Shown one piece after another: positions 50,046 through 54,837 of a stretch of DNA of 54,837 nucleotides. Numbering within the stretch: position 1 is the first letter of the stretch; each line of letters starts with the position of its first letter. A program made the position numbers and the translations under genes. Source of the stretch: Rubripirellula sp. (lineage in GTDB: Bacteria > Planctomycetota > Planctomycetia > Pirellulales > Pirellulaceae); the NCBI GenBank assembly GCA_022425745.1, contig JAKMEW010000086.1:1-54837 (forward strand), in the 5' to 3' direction. The notes under the pieces are model-generated. The model was given only the letters and a program-made list of their open reading frames with translations. It did not search any database and was not told the origin of the DNA.

Positions 50046-50951
50046 ATGGGGATTTACGATCGAGATTACGGACGAGAGGCCTACTCCCCGTGGGAGCAAG
50101 CCAACGCTCCACGTAGCATCACTGTGACGTTAATCATTGTTAACGTCTTCGTCTTTCTTGCTGAGCTTGTCACCAAAGATTTGATTTTAGAGCCCGGTGT
50201 TGGCCCCGTCCCTGACAATATGGTTATCGAGTGGCTGGCAATTAACAAAGAGACGCTTGTGCGTCCCTGGATGTGGTGGCAGTTCCTTGGCTATGGATTC
50301 GCGCATGACGTTTCGAATCTCAATCACCTGTTGTTCAACATGTTTGGACTCTATGTCTTTGGGCGTGATGTTGAAGCGAGACTGGGCCGACAGGAATTCC
50401 TGAAGTTTTACCTATTGGCAGTGATTGCTGGCGGAATTGTGGGAAGTGCGACTCACTTGGTTGACGGCAATCAGGGCGGGACGATTGGCGCCAGCGGTGC
50501 AGTGATTGGTACATCGATTCTGTTTGCCTGCTTCTTTCCCAACCGAGAACTTTTACTAATGCTGATCATCCCGGTCAAAGCCTGGGTGATGGCGGTTTTA
50601 TTCATTTCGATCGATCTCGCTGGTGCACTCGGACTCTTTCCCATGTCCAACACAGCATTCACGGTGCATTTGGCGGGCGCCTTCTTTGCGCTCGGGTACT
50701 ACCGCCTGGGTTGGAACTTTCGCAACCTTCCAAATCTTTCACCTCAGTCATTGCAACGCGCATTTCGAGATCGATCACGACGCGTGCGTCTAAAGCTCCA
50801 CGACCCAGACAAACATTCCGCGCGTGACGCAGAAGAGGCAGACAGGATTCTAGGAAAGATTCATGAACAAGGTGAAAGCAGCTTAACTCAAGCAGAACGC
50901 AAAACGCTCGAGAGATACAGTCGTCGTCAGCGCGAAAAAAGAGACCTTTGA
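50046..50951 (+). CDS. Rhomboid intramembrane serine protease with C-terminal DUF6576-like tail
   Basis: H.LFNM, GASGA, HLAGA; tail D.IL.KI...G..SLT..ER..L. Confidence 0.92.
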   Translation: MGIYDRDYGREAYSPWEQANAPRSITVTLIIVNVFVFLAELVTKDLILEPGVGPVPDNMVIEWLAINKETLVRPWMWWQFLGYGFAHDVSNLNHLLFNMFGLYVFGRDVEARLGRQEFLKFYLLAVIAGGIVGSATHLVDGNQGGTIGASGAVIGTSILFACFFPNRELLLMLIIPVKAWVMAVLFISIDLAGALGLFPMSNTAFTVHLAGAFFALGYYRLGWNFRNLPNLSPQSLQRAFRDRSRRVRLKLHDPDKHSARDAEEADRILGKIHEQGESSLTQAERKTLERYSRRQREKRDL

Positions 50952-51015
50952 TGTCTCTAACATCCGTCTCAAGTTCCGTGGGTTCAAACGCCCCATCAAT
51001 GAAATCCTCAACCAC

Positions 51016-52293
51016 ATGAAACCGAGCAAAACCATGAACTCGCGAATCCAAATCATTGGCATTGGCGATGACGGAATGGACGGCCTGACACCCTATTCCC
51101 GAGATCTGATTCATTCAGCAGAAGTAATCGTTGGGTCACGAAGCCTGATTGAAATGGTGTCGCCCACTGAGGCGGAATGTATCACCATTGGCCATGACCT
51201 GACAGAACTCTCCAAGACGATTTCAATGCTCGGAGATCGCCCAACCGTAATGCTGGCCAGTGGCGATCCTCTGTTTTATGGAATCACGCGTTATCTCGCA
51301 GATGCAATTGGCAAAGAACATTTTGAAATTGTCCCGCACGTCAGCAGCATGCAACTCGCTTTTGCACGAGTGAAAGAAAGCTGGGACGACGCATACCTTA
51401 CCAACCTCGCTACCCAGCCACTTGATCGGGTTGTTGAAAACATTCGTACCGCTGAGCGAGTAGGCTTGTTCACCACAGACGAAATCTCTCCCTCGGTCGT
51501 TGCTGAATCATTGCTGGATCGTCGGATCGACTACTTTACCGCCTACGTTTGCGAAAACCTCGGAACACCTGACGAAGTGGTCACTCAGGGTGATTTGCAA
51601 TCCATCCGGGATCAGAAGTTTGGATCGATGAACGTGATGGTACTCGTCCGGCGATCGGGAAGTGCAGATCGGCCAAGTGGTAGCAAACAACGACGGCTAT
51701 TTGGCAACCCTGACGACCTATTTATCCAGTGTCGTCCAAAGCGAGGATTGATCACTCCGTCGGAAGTGCGTTGCATTGCCTTGGCTGAAATGCAAATCCA
51801 TCGAGACAGCACCGTTTGGGACGTTGGTGCGGGCAGTGGTTCTTTGGCCATTGAAGCCGCCTCTCTAGCATCAGAGGGGAAAGTTTTTGCCATCGAGATG
51901 GACGCAGAAGACTACGGGATGATGATTGAAAATGCCAAAATGTTCGATGTTCCCACACTTGTTCCCATTCACGGGCAAGCACCAGATGCCTGGAAAGAAC
52001 TCCCGGATGCTGATGCAATCTTTGTCGGCGGAAGTGGACGAATGGTACCGGATCTCGTTCGAAAAGCCGTGATGAGATTAAAAATCGACGGTCGTATCGT
52101 GGTGAATGTTTCAAGCCCTGATAATTTGGTTGCGGTTCAAGCCGAATTAGAAAAAGCTGATGTACAACCTGAAGTGCGAATGATCAATATCGCGCGTGGG
52201 CAATATCAACTCGACCGCGTACGGTTCGATGCTCTGAATCCGACATTTTTGATCGTAGGTCATCGACTCAAAACTAAACCGAAATCCAATTAA
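51016..52293 (+). CDS. cbiET: Bifunctional precorrin-6Y C5,15-methyltransferase (decarboxylating), CbiE-CbiT/CobL
   Basis: CbiE half: IIGIG, LASGDPLFYG, PHVSSMQLAFAR. CbiT half: GLIT..EVR, WDVGAGSGSLAIE, DAIFVGGSG. Confidence 0.92.
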   Translation: MKPSKTMNSRIQIIGIGDDGMDGLTPYSRDLIHSAEVIVGSRSLIEMVSPTEAECITIGHDLTELSKTISMLGDRPTVMLASGDPLFYGITRYLADAIGKEHFEIVPHVSSMQLAFARVKESWDDAYLTNLATQPLDRVVENIRTAERVGLFTTDEISPSVVAESLLDRRIDYFTAYVCENLGTPDEVVTQGDLQSIRDQKFGSMNVMVLVRRSGSADRPSGSKQRRLFGNPDDLFIQCRPKRGLITPSEVRCIALAEMQIHRDSTVWDVGAGSGSLAIEAASLASEGKVFAIEMDAEDYGMMIENAKMFDVPTLVPIHGQAPDAWKELPDADAIFVGGSGRMVPDLVRKAVMRLKIDGRIVVNVSSPDNLVAVQAELEKADVQPEVRMINIARGQYQLDRVRFDALNPTFLIVGHRLKTKPKSN

Positions 52294-52432
52294 TCACTCC
52301 ATCAGGCTTTCAGCCACCGACGCGAAAAGAAATGCGGGTGATCTAGTTGCTTATGTAAGAAAGAGCTTGCAACTTACTCGAGAGTCGGTGGCTGTTACTC
52401 AACAGACGTAGCTCCGAACAAAGAGGCGACTT

Positions 52433-53290
52433 ATGCACATTCGTAAAGCTGTCATCACTGCCGCCGCACCAGGACAAAACCGACTGCCACTGCAACAGTT
52501 AGTCGATCGCAGTGGCGAAGAAAAAACCGCCTTGCAGTTGGTACTGGAAGAGTGTTGGTCATCGGGGATTGAAGACGTCTGTGTCGTGATTTCCCCCGGT
52601 GACGAACAAGCATTTGTTGCCGCGACTGGTCAGCACAAAGGAAATGTTCGTTTCCTCACTCAAGATCAACCACTTGGCTACGCCCATGCCTTGCTGCTGG
52701 CCAAGGGATTTGTTGGGAACTCGTCTTTTCTGCATCTCGTTGGTGATCATCTTTATCTCAGTGACAACTCACAGACTTGTGCATCTCAACTGCTTTCGGT
52801 TGCCGCTGAATCTGGCTGCACTGTCTCTGCAGTTCAAGCAACCAGAGAAAACAATCTGCCGTACTTTGGAATCGTTAGTGGACGACCTCTTCCCAACCAA
52901 CGGGGAGTCTATGAGGTTGATACGGTTCAAGAAAAGCCAACACCCACCATCGCAGAACAAACCTTAGTTACACCTGGATTACGAGCAGGCCACTACCTAG
53001 GATTCTTTGGCATGCACGTCTTGACCAAGCAAGTGCTAACCATCTTGGAAGAGTTGCCCGAGCGGCATGCGGATCGAGCAAAAACGTTAGCTGATGCTCT
53101 GAATATTTTGCCCGCGAGAGAGAAGTATCTTGCTTTTCAGGTGCAGGGACATCGCTGCAATCTGGGTATGAAATATGGGTTACTGCGGGCTCAACTAGCG
53201 ATCGGACTCTCCGGTCGTGATCGGGATCGCATTCTGTCCGACCTGATTGAACTGTTGGCAAATCGTCACGAAGAAGGGGCAGCACAGTGA
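52433..53290 (+). CDS. GalU-like sugar-phosphate nucleotidyltransferase-family protein (degenerate GxGTR loop)
   Basis: [38 protein letters not shown]. Confidence 0.8.
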   Translation: MHIRKAVITAAAPGQNRLPLQQLVDRSGEEKTALQLVLEECWSSGIEDVCVVISPGDEQAFVAATGQHKGNVRFLTQDQPLGYAHALLLAKGFVGNSSFLHLVGDHLYLSDNSQTCASQLLSVAAESGCTVSAVQATRENNLPYFGIVSGRPLPNQRGVYEVDTVQEKPTPTIAEQTLVTPGLRAGHYLGFFGMHVLTKQVLTILEELPERHADRAKTLADALNILPAREKYLAFQVQGHRCNLGMKYGLLRAQLAIGLSGRDRDRILSDLIELLANRHEEGAAQ

Positions 53291-54837
53291 ATCATCTTAT
53301 TGAAGTAATTATCTCCGATGATGACTCCATTAGGAATCAATCACTTGAATCACTTTGCGATGGTCTCGACACCCGTGACTTGCTTCAACGCGCTTCGGAA
53401 CTGGATCAATTTAGACGCGAATCAGGAAACCTCTACCACCGCGTACGGGCACTGTTCTTTATTGCGGCGATTTACCGTTACTACTTACCTAAGGTTGTAT
53501 CACAGAAAAAGACCACAAAGATTCCTTATGCCGGATACCAGCATCTATTGAAACGTCGCTTCGTGGAGGCGATTGATCTCTTCCTCGAAACCCAAGAGTT
53601 AACAGGTCCTAGCGATGGGCTCAGCAGTGCTTTAGCGGACGCCTACCATCAACTTGCGTTCCAGACACTTGCCGATCAAGTTCGACGCAGTGTGCGAACG
53701 GTAAAGGGAAATCAGTGGATGTTTCGCCTCGGGCACCCAGCCGATCACCCTCTACGCATTCGGCCAGAATTACTTCAACGAGGTAACCGAGAGAATTCGC
53801 GTCCGACACTGCGGGAACAAACAGCAGTGCGGATGGACTTTTCCCACAGCGCGTGGAGTGACATTTTCTTCCTCGGCATGGATTTTCCACAGGGAGCGAG
53901 AGTCCTCAATGCATCGATCGACTTAGCTGTATGTGGTCGAGACAAAGAACCTAAACCACCTATTGAAACATATCTAAGGGTTATTGATGAACCCGTAATT
54001 CGTTTAGTGAGCGTGGATTTAGGTGCCTCCGCCGAGCTTCATCGAATCTCTGAGGTATTCGACTTTGCAATTGATTATCTAGGCCTCCTTAAAGCGGCGA
54101 TTGTCGCTTCGGGAATCGTTCCACCGGGTTTGGACGGCTCAAATCAAACAATCCAAGAACTCCTGCGTGAACTCGTTGGTCCAGGAAACGGCTTGGAACT
54201 TGTTAGTCAGATCAATGACATCCCAAAAGGCTCTCGGCTTGCGGTCTCGACCAATCTTTTAGGCTCACTGATTTCAATTTTGATGCGTGCGACCGGGCAG
54301 ATTTCACAACTTTCAGGTCCGCTGACCGAACAGGACCGACAACTCGTTGGAGCTCGGGCGATTCTCGGCGAATGGATTGGTGGAAGCGGCGGCGGCTGGC
54401 AAGACTCTGGAGGTGTTTGGCCGGGCATCAAACTCATCGAAGGAGTGATCGCTGGGACCCAAGACGCAGAGTTTGGTATCAGCCGAGGTCGCTTGATGCC
54501 AAGTCATCATCTTTTAGGGGCTGATGAAGCGTCCGCAGAGACGCGACAAAAGCTCCAAGACAGCTTAGTACTCGTGCATGGCGGAATGGCTCAAAATGTT
54601 GGACCAATCTTGGAAATGGTTACGGAGCGTTATCTACTCAGAAGCGAAGCTGAGTGGCTTGGACGAGAACATGCCATTGGAATCCTTGACCAAATTCTAG
54701 ATGCAATGCGTCAGGGCGATATCCAAGAGATAGGCAGACTAACGACTGAAAACTTCGAAGGCCCATTGCAAACAATCATTCCTTGGGCGACGAATCGATT
54801 TACTGACCTGATGATTCAAAAATGCAGGGAACACTAC
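53287..54837 (+). CDS. Partial large protein with a GHMP (fucokinase-like) sugar-kinase domain; continues beyond the window
   Basis: Not in the ORF track. GTG 53287 overlaps the upstream TGA (GTGA) and the frame is open for 517 codons to the edge. Motifs [46 protein letters not shown]. Confidence 0.8.
   Translation, partial: MNHLIEVIISDDDSIRNQSLESLCDGLDTRDLLQRASELDQFRRESGNLYHRVRALFFIAAIYRYYLPKVVSQKKTTKIPYAGYQHLLKRRFVEAIDLFLETQELTGPSDGLSSALADAYHQLAFQTLADQVRRSVRTVKGNQWMFRLGHPADHPLRIRPELLQRGNRENSRPTLREQTAVRMDFSHSAWSDIFFLGMDFPQGARVLNASIDLAVCGRDKEPKPPIETYLRVIDEPVIRLVSVDLGASAELHRISEVFDFAIDYLGLLKAAIVASGIVPPGLDGSNQTIQELLRELVGPGNGLELVSQINDIPKGSRLAVSTNLLGSLISILMRATGQISQLSGPLTEQDRQLVGARAILGEWIGGSGGGWQDSGGVWPGIKLIEGVIAGTQDAEFGISRGRLMPSHHLLGADEASAETRQKLQDSLVLVHGGMAQNVGPILEMVTERYLLRSEAEWLGREHAIGILDQILDAMRQGDIQEIGRLTTENFEGPLQTIIPWATNRFTDLMIQKCREHY

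Noticed and set aside
50952-51015. Cobalamin riboswitch upstream of cbiET
   Set aside because: The gap is only 64 nt and has no B12-box.
128-54510. Numerous antisense or alternate-frame ORFs in the track (e.g. 5134-5577, 7759-8247, 11944-12492, 45398-45913)
   Set aside because: They are shadows of well-supported genes on the other strand or frame.
1-54837. CRISPR array, rRNA, prophage or defence system
   Set aside because: No regularly spaced repeats, rRNA-like segments, or phage/cas/restriction genes recognised.

Overview
A ~55 kb window that looks like a planctomycete chromosome (Pirellulaceae/Rubripirellula-like). This is inferred from the PSD1/DUF1553 cytochrome plus DUF1501 pair, the stand-alone CoaC, the acidic-tailed SecG and the WD40 protein. 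The left part is housekeeping on the minus strand: partial PhoD, CBS/DRTGG pyrophosphatase, coaC-rpoZ-gmk-yicC-secG-tpiA-DAHP synthase, glutamate dehydrogenase, a radical SAM enzyme, a CYTH protein and ThiD2-ThiE. After tRNA-Arg(CCT) comes an accessory block: a D-aminoacylase/serine-hydrolase fusion, a DUF1501/PSD1-cytochrome/hydrolase unit, a Cu/Ag-type CusBA-TolC efflux locus with Cys-rich partners, an atypical SDR, a degenerate PP2C, a WD40 protein and an esterase. The right part holds a sugar epimerase, leuCD, three envelope proteases, cbiET, and a coupled GalU-like/GHMP-kinase-like pair that runs off the window. I found no integrase, transposase, CRISPR array or rRNA. The best candidates for poorly described biology are (1) the degenerate nucleotidyltransferase plus fucokinase-like pair, (2) the Cys-rich ORF leading the cus genes, (3) the aminoacylase fusion with an altered metal site, (4) the DUF1501-cytochrome-hydrolase unit and (5) CYTH next to thiE. 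All calls come from reading motifs by eye; no searches were run.
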